Of a stretch of DNA of 64,000 nucleotides, positions 45,147-53,711 are shown piece by piece. The DNA is taken from positions 3,840,001-3,904,000 of the forward strand of contig CBDCDC010000002.1 of assembly GCA_965215195.1 (NCBI GenBank). The letters are read 5' to 3'. The DNA comes from Candidatus Latescibacterota bacterium (GTDB taxonomy: Bacteria; Latescibacterota; UBA2968; UBA8231). Numbering within the stretch: position 1 is the first letter of the stretch; each line of letters begins with the position of its first letter. The notes below the pieces were generated by a model, which was not told the origin of the DNA, made no database searches, and saw nothing but the letters and a program-made list of their open reading frames with translations. Position numbers and translations under genes: made by a program.

Positions 45147-47094
45147 TCAGAAATTGAAGATCATGTTGCCCTCAACGCCGTAGGCCCCATCGATGAAGAG
45201 CCACAGGCCGGCCGTGGTGAACTCGCCGAGGATCAGCCCCAAAAAGAACGGCAGCAGGGCGCGATAGGCACGCACTCCGCCGTAGCGCAGGATGGTCGCC
45301 TTGAGCAGCCAAGCGCAGAAAATGGCGAACCAGCCATAGGAAATAATGGTATAGGTGGAGGCAATGGGGAAGCCGAGCGGGTGCAGCGGCCACCACACAA
45401 AGCGGTGGCGCAAAAACAGCAGGCCGGCCATGACCGAGCCGCCGATGGAGGTAAACAAGAGGCGGGGGCCAAAGGACGGGTCGGGATTGTGGTACATGGA
45501 GGCCATATAGGTGAAAGGCCAGCGCGGCGCACCGCTAAAGTACCAGCTATGCAGGTTGATGCCGCCATAGGTATAGGCGAGGGTCATGGTAAACCAGATC
45601 GAGCCGAGCAGGCCCACGGCAATGGCGGCGAACAAGGCCCACGGCAGCCAGCGCGGCGCGGGCGAGTCGCCGGAGGTGAGCTTGAGGCTGTGCATGACCG
45701 CGTTCATCATGTTGGCGGCCGTCTCGCCCATCCACACCGTGCTCAGCCCGAGGCTGGTCATGTTCCCCAGCCCGAGGCCCTCCGGGCCAAAGCCGCGCGT
45801 GATAAAGGCTTGGGGGGCCATGGGGGTCTGGCAGCCGGGGATGCCGGCCTCGCAGACGATGCGCGACAAGGCCACGAACACGACGAGTGCGCCGGCGATC
45901 AGCAACAGGGCCACGTACAGGGAGAGGCCGGTGAGGGTCAGCCAAGCCGCCATGACCGCGATGCCAACGCCGAGCCCGACAAAGGCCGTACGCGGCGACA
46001 CAAGCTCGCCCGGGGCCGGCTCGCCTTTGCGCGCTTGACGCCACAGGCCGCGCAGATGGGAGCGGGCCGTCCAAACGACGAAGAGCGCCAGCGCGAAAAG
46101 CCCGCCGGCCTGCTGGTAGGACACTGGAACCGGGCCGCCCGAAGTCCAGATGTCCGCGCCCCCCAGTTGGAAGCCGAGGCGGGCGAAGGCGACTTTTTGC
46201 AGGGTGTAGAGCAAAAAGAAAAACCAGATGCTAAAGGACACATCGAGTGCCATCAGGTACGCGAGGCCCATGACCGGCAAGTTGACCCGCAAGGGCAGGC
46301 TCGCGCTGCCTTGCAGCAGGGACACTGCGCCGGTGAGGGCGATGGGCTGGAAGGCGTCGTGGTAGTAGTGGAGCGAGTTCCACGAGTGCAGCAAAAGCGG
46401 CACGGCCGCGCCCAGCCACAGCAGGCGGCGCTTGAACAGGCCGCCGAGGAGGGGCGCAGAGTCCGCGCCTTCGAGCATGGCGAGGGGCAGGCGGGTGAGG
46501 GGAAAGACGAGGCGCTCGTTGGCGATCCACTGGCCGCGCAGCAACGCGCCGAGGCAAAAGATGACCCAGTAGAAGGCGAATATGAAGAGCATCCAAGCCG
46601 CCAGTGGCCGCGCCCAAGCCGCCCACGGCACTGGTGCGCCGCGCTCGGGCAGCCCTTCGTAGAACAGGCGCACGGCCTCGGCGTCGGCTGGCGCGAGATA
46701 GGGGTGGATGTGTTCGACGAAGAGCTCCTGCCAAGCATTCTCCGGCGTAGCGTAGTACGCGGCTCCGGTGATGACCGACAGAAAGCTGCCGGTGAAGCCG
46801 GTGGTAACCACGACTGAGCCGACCAGCATCATGGCGTACACCGCGATGAGTTCGGCGCGGGAAAAGGCCCACGCTCGGCCCAGCATCTTGAGCAGGGGCA
46901 GGATCGCGGCCGTCAGCAGAAAGAGGAAGAGGACGGCGATTACCGGGATGGCATTGCTGGTGAGCTGCGATCCCTTGACGATGAGGATGCCCCAAGGGCT
47001 GAGTACGCTGATGGCCCCCACGAGGAGCAAACCCGTGAGGACAGCGCGCCAAGAGCAGGCGGATGGGGAGGTGGGGCGGAACGTGGGAAGCCCC
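45147..47094 (-). CDS. DUF6785/DUF6784 multi-pass membrane protein (paralog of 24381-26345)
   Basis: 'YYATPENAW', 'WIANERLVFPL', 'WWPLHPLGF', 'PFFLGLILG'. Start unresolved (the ORF extends into cfa). Confidence 0.75.
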
Positions 47095-48327
47095 CTAACT
47101 GAGACTGCGGATGAAGTAGAGCAGGCGCTTGAAAAACCCCGGCCGGATGCCGGGGGCTTGGGTGCGCTGGGCCACCACGTGGTAGGCTTGGAGCTGGCGG
47201 TTGTGCATGGCGTGGGAGCCACCCCACAAGTACAGGCGGAAGGCGCGGAAGACAGCTTCGCCCCAGCGCTCGACGATAGTTTGGCGGTTGGCCTCAAAGC
47301 GAGCGGCCCAGTGCCTCAGCGTCAGGGCGTAATCGTTGGTTTCATCTACCACTTCCTCCACCTTGAAGCCGTGCATGAGGAATTCTTGCAGCAGGTCGGG
47401 CAGGCACAGGTACGTGTGGGTGCCGGGGTAGATATAGCGGCGCACGAAATTGCTCACCTTGTACTTTTCGAGCGTGGCCGAGGCGTCCAGATAAATGCGG
47501 CCCCCGGGCTTGAGGCACTTCCACACTTGCGCGGCAAAGTCGCGGTAGTGGGGGATGTGCTCGATGACGCCGAAGATGACAATGGCGTCGTACGGCTCGT
47601 GCGGCTCGTGTTCGAGGAAATCTTCGAGGAGAATTTGGCAGGTCGTCAGCCCTTGTTCGGCGATGAGGTTTTGGTGCAGCCGGTGCGAATCCTCGGCAAG
47701 GGTCAGGGCCGTGCAGTGGATGCCGCGCGGGCCGGCGTAGCGGGTAACTGCGCCCCAGCCCGCGCCGATGTCGAGCAGGCGGGAACCCGCTTGCAGGTGC
47801 AGGGCTTGGGCCATGGTAGCAAATTTGTGCTCGGCAGCCTGTTCCAGCGTTGCGTCGTCGTCGCGGAAGAGGCAATGCGAGTAGAGATGGTACTGGCGAT
47901 CGACGAACGCCAAGTAGAAATCGTCGCCGAAATTGTAGTGGTGCGCGATGGAAGCGCGGTTGAGGCGGAGGCGGTTGCTCCACAAGAGTTGCAAATAGGC
48001 CCGCAGCAGGAAGCCGAGGCTGACCCTGCCCTTGACGTAGTGGCGCAGATCTAGGAAGCAGCGCACATCGCCCTCGATATCGATCTGGCCCTCGACATAG
48101 GCGCGACCGATGGCGTATTCGTCGAGTCCTTTGCCGAGCACCTCGTCGGAGTGAAAGACGACGCTAAAGGCCGGTTCGCCTGCGGGTCCCAAGCGCAAGG
48201 TCTCGCCTTGAGCAAAGGTGAACTGGCAGGGGATGGGGATGTCGGCGATGGCGGCGTGGAGCAGACGGGCGGCAGCGCATTGGGGCTGGGGGGGCGAGGC
48301 TTGCTGTAACTGGGGTTGTGCGGTCAT
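47095..48327 (-). CDS. cfa: Cyclopropane-fatty-acyl-phospholipid synthase-like SAM methyltransferase
   Basis: 'IAHHYNFGDDFY', 'TLEQAAEHK', 'LLDIGAGWG', 'GVIEHI', 'YIYPG', 'YALTLRHW'. Confidence 0.8.
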   Translation of the reverse strand: MTAQPQLQQASPPQPQCAAARLLHAAIADIPIPCQFTFAQGETLRLGPAGEPAFSVVFHSDEVLGKGLDEYAIGRAYVEGQIDIEGDVRCFLDLRHYVKGRVSLGFLLRAYLQLLWSNRLRLNRASIAHHYNFGDDFYLAFVDRQYHLYSHCLFRDDDATLEQAAEHKFATMAQALHLQAGSRLLDIGAGWGAVTRYAGPRGIHCTALTLAEDSHRLHQNLIAEQGLTTCQILLEDFLEHEPHEPYDAIVIFGVIEHIPHYRDFAAQVWKCLKPGGRIYLDASATLEKYKVSNFVRRYIYPGTHTYLCLPDLLQEFLMHGFKVEEVVDETNDYALTLRHWAARFEANRQTIVERWGEAVFRAFRLYLWGGSHAMHNRQLQAYHVVAQRTQAPGIRPGFFKRLLYFIRSLS

Positions 48328-48440
48328 GGAGGTTTTCCCGGTGGCGATTTCTGCGGCTTAGCTAGCCGCGCAAGCGGGGCGGGAACAGACTATGAATCTT
48401 CGCCCAACCCGTCAAGGAGGTGGGCAAAAGGAGAGAGGCC

Positions 48441-50417
48441 ATGCAGGTGATTGGATGGGAAAAGATGGCGTGGAGTATAGGGGCGGTTGCGTGGTTGGGC
48501 TGCGCTCCGCTCGAAGCGGAGCGTCCGTCGCCGACGGGCGACATCCCGCGCAGCGCGTGGCCCGAGGCTTGGTTCCGGCCACCGGCCACGGCCGCGGCCG
48601 TGGGCTTGCAGACCTTCCGCCAGTCGCCCGCGCTCGACGAATTGGTCGCGGCCGGTGCATTGCCGCCGGTCGCCGAGCGCCTGCCCGACGACCCGGTGGT
48701 GGTGGAACCTTTCGACGCAATTGGCCGCTACGGGGGCACGGCCCGGCTGTTCTTGGCGGGCGAAAGCCTGATCAACGTGCCCGAGGGGGTGCTGCGTCCG
48801 GGGCCGCAAATGCGATTGAATCTGCCGAATTTTGCGGCAAAGGCCGAATACCTCAACGGCGCGAGAACGTTGCGGATCACCCTGCGCCCCGGTCACAAGT
48901 GGTCCGACGGCCATCCCGTAACGGCCGACGACTACGCGTTCTGGTTCGACCACGTGCTGCTGAACGAGGAGCTCACGCCCGTGGTGGAGCCGCGGTTTAA
49001 GGGCGCGCACATCGAAAAGCACGATGCGCATAGTTTCAGTTATCACTTTCCCCAGCCCATGCCGCTTTTTGTCAACCACCTCGCCCACAATAGTTCGCGC
49101 TTGGCAGTGCCAGCGCACTTCATGCGCCGCTACCACCCGGCCTTCACCGATCCGGCGCAATTGGAGCGCGAGGCCGAAGCGCTGGGTTTGCAGGATTGGC
49201 GCACCTATTTCGCGGCTGTGAACAGCACGACCGATCTGATCCCCTTCAACCGCCCGGTGCTGACGGCCTACGTACTGGTTAGCCGGACCTCGACGCGCGC
49301 CCTGCTGCGCCGCAATCCCTATTATCCGAAGATCGACCCGGCCGGCAATCAGTTGCCCTATATTGACTCTCTGGAGGTACAGCGGGTCGATAGCCCCGAG
49401 ATCATGGCGGCCAAGGCTTCGACCGGGCAGATCGACTTTGCCGGGCGGCAGTTTATGACGGCCGATATTCCCCTGTTTAAGCGCTTTGAGCAGCACAACG
49501 GCTATTCCACGTATGTGTGGCCGCGGCCCTACGGCTCGGACGTGGTATTGCAGTTCAATTTGAATCACCCCGACGCGGGCCTGCGGCAGATTTTCCAAGA
49601 CGTGCGCTTTCGGCGGGCCATGTCGCTGGCCATCAATCGGGAGGAAATCAACGACATCGTTTACTTTGGCTACGGGGTGCCGCGCCAGTTGACGGTAGTG
49701 CCGGCGAGCCGCTACTTCGAGCCAGAATTTGCCGCCGCTTGGGCCGAGTTTGACCCGGTGCGGGCGCGGGCCCTGTTCGACTCGGTGGGGCTGGTCGACC
49801 GCGACGGGGACGGCCAGCGCGAGCGGCTTGACGGCAAACCGCTGCAAATCACCTTGGAGTACATGATCGGGGAGACGCCCAAGCAGGTCACCCTAGACTT
49901 GATCGCGGCCCACTGGCGCGAGGTGGGGGTGAACGTCAATCTCAAGCAGATCAGCGGCACCTTGCAGCGGATTCGCGCGAGGGCGGGCTTGATGGACATG
50001 ACTATATGGCACGCCGACCGCAACGCGGATATCCTCTTTCCCATTGAGCCTTATTGGTACGTGCCGACCAATGGCGGCTGGGAGCAGAGCCAGTGGTCCA
50101 AGTGGACGCGGTGGTACTTTACCGATGGCGCGCTCGGGTGGGAGCCGCCGGCGCAGATCAAGGAACTGATCGGCTGGTGGGAGACCCTGCGCCGCACTAC
50201 CAACGAGGACGAGCGCATCGCGATGGGCAAGAACATTCTCCGCAGCCAAGCCGAGAACTTGTGGGCACTCGGGGTCATTGGCTTGGGGCCGCATCCGGTC
50301 GTGGTCAGCCACAAGCTGCGCAATGTGCCGCCGCAGGGCTATTGGGGCTGGGATTCGCGCTGGACGTGGCCGTACTATCCAGAAACTTGGTATTTGGATG
50401 AGGGAGTTGCAAAGTAG
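48441..50417 (+). CDS. ABC transporter substrate-binding protein, family 5 (probable lipoprotein)
   Basis: Lipobox-like 'WLGC'; 'LPPVAERLP', 'KWSDGHPVTADD', 'RNPYYPKID..GNQLPYID', 'RFRRAMSLAINREEI'. No permease genes adjacent. Confidence 0.9.
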   Translation: MQVIGWEKMAWSIGAVAWLGCAPLEAERPSPTGDIPRSAWPEAWFRPPATAAAVGLQTFRQSPALDELVAAGALPPVAERLPDDPVVVEPFDAIGRYGGTARLFLAGESLINVPEGVLRPGPQMRLNLPNFAAKAEYLNGARTLRITLRPGHKWSDGHPVTADDYAFWFDHVLLNEELTPVVEPRFKGAHIEKHDAHSFSYHFPQPMPLFVNHLAHNSSRLAVPAHFMRRYHPAFTDPAQLEREAEALGLQDWRTYFAAVNSTTDLIPFNRPVLTAYVLVSRTSTRALLRRNPYYPKIDPAGNQLPYIDSLEVQRVDSPEIMAAKASTGQIDFAGRQFMTADIPLFKRFEQHNGYSTYVWPRPYGSDVVLQFNLNHPDAGLRQIFQDVRFRRAMSLAINREEINDIVYFGYGVPRQLTVVPASRYFEPEFAAAWAEFDPVRARALFDSVGLVDRDGDGQRERLDGKPLQITLEYMIGETPKQVTLDLIAAHWREVGVNVNLKQISGTLQRIRARAGLMDMTIWHADRNADILFPIEPYWYVPTNGGWEQSQWSKWTRWYFTDGALGWEPPAQIKELIGWWETLRRTTNEDERIAMGKNILRSQAENLWALGVIGLGPHPVVVSHKLRNVPPQGYWGWDSRWTWPYYPETWYLDEGVAK

Positions 50418-50604
50418 GCGCGAGCGCTCAGAGCCCGCAGGACCGCTAGTTGTTTTTGGCCGTTCTCTAATTTTTATTATAATAATGTGCCAATTATTAA
50501 GAGTTGTTGAAAGGAGGTGAAGAGAAGCTGTTTTAGGCATCAGAAGTTCACTTTTCGCTTTTTGACGAATGTTCCAACCACGAACCTATGAGGTGAATCG
50601 CATT

Positions 50605-51564
50605 ATGAAGAAAATTTTGAGCATCGCGACTGTGTTGGCCCTAGGCATCATGTTGCAGGCCAGCGCGGTATCGGCCCACGTGCCGATCCCCGGCATCGAC
50701 TCCGGTACGCTTTTCCAGTGGCCCGCTGGCCAAGAACCGACCTTGGACGGCGACCTCTCTGAATGGGATATCGTCCCTGAGGATTACTACGTCCCCTTTG
50801 ATTCGCACTTCGAGTACTATCTCGGCTTGGGCCACGAAAACGACGAGAGCAATTTGTCGTTTCGGGTAGTGGGCGCTTGGAGCGCGGGGACCAACCGCCT
50901 CTATCTCATGATGGAGCGTTTCGACAACTACTGGGATCGCAATGGCGTTGGCGCGGTCGCGGCTGGCGATGATAGCTGGGAGATCATGATCGACGCCGAC
51001 CACGGCGGCGACCGGCACTTTGCGCTCCCCGACGATTACGAAGACGACGACGAGCGTCAGCGCAATCAGGGCCGTTTTGCCCAGAACGCCCATTACGTCT
51101 GGCCCGACATGCCCGACGCCAACCGGGCCGTCGGCTGGAAGTGGTTCTTCAACAGCAACTCAACATGGCACGACGTGCCCCCGTGGGGCGATTACGGTTT
51201 CCAGCTAGACGGCGAAGTCAACTCGGGCGAGGTCACAGCGCGCATCGAGGTGATGTCGGTCGCTTGGGACGACTTCCACTGGGTCGGTCCCGACGAGAGC
51301 CAGATCCACACTTTCACCGAGGGCAATACCATCGGCTTGGGTTGGGTCGTACACGACATGGACTCGGCCGAAGAGGACAATGGCGGCGCCAGCGACGGCG
51401 GCTGGGGCATCAATCCCAACATCCAGATGTGGTTCGACTGCGTCAACTGCTCGGACTTCCTGCTGGCGCCGCTGGATCCTCGCGTGGATTTCAGCAGTAT
51501 TGAAACTGGAACCGCAGTAGAGGAAGAAAGCTGGGGACGCATCAAGGCGGCCTATATCCAATAG
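50605..51564 (+). CDS. Secreted CBM9/DOMON-like sugar-binding protein with C-terminal 'TAVEEESWGRIK' motif
   Basis: Signal peptide MKKILS...AVSA; 'PTLDGDLSEW', 'DSWEIMIDAD', 'GNTIGLGWVVHDMD'. Confidence 0.65.
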   Translation: MKKILSIATVLALGIMLQASAVSAHVPIPGIDSGTLFQWPAGQEPTLDGDLSEWDIVPEDYYVPFDSHFEYYLGLGHENDESNLSFRVVGAWSAGTNRLYLMMERFDNYWDRNGVGAVAAGDDSWEIMIDADHGGDRHFALPDDYEDDDERQRNQGRFAQNAHYVWPDMPDANRAVGWKWFFNSNSTWHDVPPWGDYGFQLDGEVNSGEVTARIEVMSVAWDDFHWVGPDESQIHTFTEGNTIGLGWVVHDMDSAEEDNGGASDGGWGINPNIQMWFDCVNCSDFLLAPLDPRVDFSSIETGTAVEEESWGRIKAAYIQ

Positions 51565-51592
51565 TTCGCTTCTCGTTCCCAACTGCTAGTCT

Positions 51593-51634
51593 CTGAAGGG
51601 GAGGTGTCTCGTGCATCTCCCCTTCAGGTTTCTG
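51593..51634 (+). terminator. Strong hairpin (terminator or mRNA-stabilising stem)
   Basis: CTGAAGGGGAGGTG ... CATCTCCCCTTCAG followed by GTTTCT. Confidence 0.7.
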
Positions 51635-51653
51635 TATGTTAGGAGATGCAGTC

Positions 51654-53642
51654 ATGGTCGCATTCAGAGGCTTTTGCGCCGCGCTATTGTTGGCCGCCAG
51701 TAGTGCCCCGGTCGCGGGATTGACCGTCTATCGGCTGGGCGGCGAGGGCTTGCCGCCGCCGCCCGAGGTGGCCAGCGGGGAAGCCGATTTCGTCCAATTT
51801 AGCTGGGCCGAACTCGACCCCGACTTGCAGGGCGCAAGCGAATCCCTCGCGATTGCCCCCGACGGTATTGCCCCTTTGTTCTTCCCCGCCGATTTCAATA
51901 TCGCGCCGACGGTCGAGGATCGCGGCGGCTACCTACATACCCAGGGCTTTCAGGCTTGGATCGAAACCGATGACACTAGCTTGGTAAATGACGGCGATCC
52001 TGCGACGGCCTATTACGAAGAGAAGGGATCCAATCGGGTGAACGTGGGGGATGACTTGCGGTTCGGCAAAACCTTATTGTTCGACCTCGGCGGCTTGTTT
52101 GCGGTAGATCGCATCCGCTTTTCCACGCGCGCTGGCAACGAAGACAATTACATCGAGCTGTTCCACGTGTGGACCAATACCCTGACGACTGAAGAAGCCG
52201 GGATCAGCAGCGTCGACCTCTGCACGGCCGGGAGGACGGACAACTGTTTGAGCTTCATCAACCGGGCCCACCGCGACATCTACAACCGCAAAGACATGTA
52301 CTTCGACGCCCTGTTGGAGGTCAAAGAAAACACCCGCTCCACCGTAGAAGTGGAACTCACCGGCGAATACATCCGTCGCGTGGCACTATTCGTGCCGTCG
52401 CAGCCGACTCGCGACTGGGAGATTGCCGAATTCGAGATCTTCGCGCCCGGCTATGTGCCCAATGCCTCGTACCTGTCCAACATCCTCGATCTCGGCAAAG
52501 AGGTCTCGCTGGGTGAGCTGCGCTGGTCGGGGCACAAGGACGCGGCCGCCGCGGTCAACATCCGCAGCCAGAGCGGCAGCGATGTCGATCCCAATATATA
52601 CTGGCGCCATACGTTCCGCGGCGACGAGCAAGTCAGGTACGACGCCAAGGGCAAGCCGCTAACCCTGCGCACCTACGGACGCTTGGAAATTTCCGAGCGC
52701 GGCAAGATCACCCGCGATGCAGAAAACTGGGATTTCTGGTCGACGACCTATGATTTTAGCGATAGCAGCGGGACGCGCTGGTCGGCGACCAAGCCGCGGC
52801 GCTATGTGCAGTTTGAGTTGGATTTTCAATCGAATATCGCCGCGGGCAGCCGGATGGATTACGTGGAGTTCACCGCGTCCCCGCCGGCCGTCACCGCGCT
52901 GGTCGGCGAGATTGACCCTTGGCAGGTCGAGACGGCCGCGGTGACCCAGTTCACTTACGCCATCCGGCCTACCATTGGACTTGACGACCCGGGGTTTGAC
53001 CACGTGGAGATCGCGGCTAACGGCGGGCGTTTAGTGAGCATCGACGGTGTGCGGATCGGGGGCGAGGCCGTGGCTTTTGAGCGAGTTGAAGAAGGGGCCG
53101 AGCGGCTAGTGGTGGGCGTACCTAAGCTGAACGTGGACCACACCGAAGAGGTGGTGGAAGTGGATTTCAGCGGCGAGATCTTTCGCTACGGAGCGACCTT
53201 TGCCGGTCGCGTGTTCGACAGCCAAACCCCGCAGGAGATTTGGCAGCCGGTGCAGCCCGGCGACGCCACGGCGCTCAGGGACGGCAACACCCTTTCGGTG
53301 CAGGCTCTTGCGCTAGGCTCCCGGGTTCTCGGTGCGCTAGACCTAGCCGGGGGCGTTTTTACGCCCAACGGCGACGGCGTCAACGACAGGTTGGACATTG
53401 CCTATGAGCTGCTCAAACTGGTGGCACCGACCCCGGTGGTGGTGCAGGTGCGGGATGTGGCCGGCGGATTGGTGCGCGAGGTGTACCATGGTCTCGACGC
53501 AGCCGGTCGCCACCGGCGGCCGTGGGACGGCTTGGACGGGCACGGGCAGCGGGTGGCCCCCGGCGTTTACATTTGCCGCGTCGAGGTCGCCACCGAGGAG
53601 GGCCGGCGGCAGCGCGCAGGGGTGATAGCGGTCACCTATTAA
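51654..53642 (+). CDS. Secreted discoidin-like protein with FlgD-Ig/CHU_C-like C-terminal domain (paralog 1)
   Basis: Signal peptide; 'NDGDPATAY', 'FDLGG.F.VDRIRF', 'EIAEFEIF'; CTD 'FTPNGDGVND...PGVYICRV...IAVTY'. Confidence 0.75.
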   Translation: MVAFRGFCAALLLAASSAPVAGLTVYRLGGEGLPPPPEVASGEADFVQFSWAELDPDLQGASESLAIAPDGIAPLFFPADFNIAPTVEDRGGYLHTQGFQAWIETDDTSLVNDGDPATAYYEEKGSNRVNVGDDLRFGKTLLFDLGGLFAVDRIRFSTRAGNEDNYIELFHVWTNTLTTEEAGISSVDLCTAGRTDNCLSFINRAHRDIYNRKDMYFDALLEVKENTRSTVEVELTGEYIRRVALFVPSQPTRDWEIAEFEIFAPGYVPNASYLSNILDLGKEVSLGELRWSGHKDAAAAVNIRSQSGSDVDPNIYWRHTFRGDEQVRYDAKGKPLTLRTYGRLEISERGKITRDAENWDFWSTTYDFSDSSGTRWSATKPRRYVQFELDFQSNIAAGSRMDYVEFTASPPAVTALVGEIDPWQVETAAVTQFTYAIRPTIGLDDPGFDHVEIAANGGRLVSIDGVRIGGEAVAFERVEEGAERLVVGVPKLNVDHTEEVVEVDFSGEIFRYGATFAGRVFDSQTPQEIWQPVQPGDATALRDGNTLSVQALALGSRVLGALDLAGGVFTPNGDGVNDRLDIAYELLKLVAPTPVVVQVRDVAGGLVREVYHGLDAAGRHRRPWDGLDGHGQRVAPGVYICRVEVATEEGRRQRAGVIAVTY

Positions 53643-53711
53643 AATAATTGCAAATTGCGAATTAGCAGCGCACAGGGGTCGTTAGTTCAGCAGCGTTCAG
53701 GAGAATTGGCT

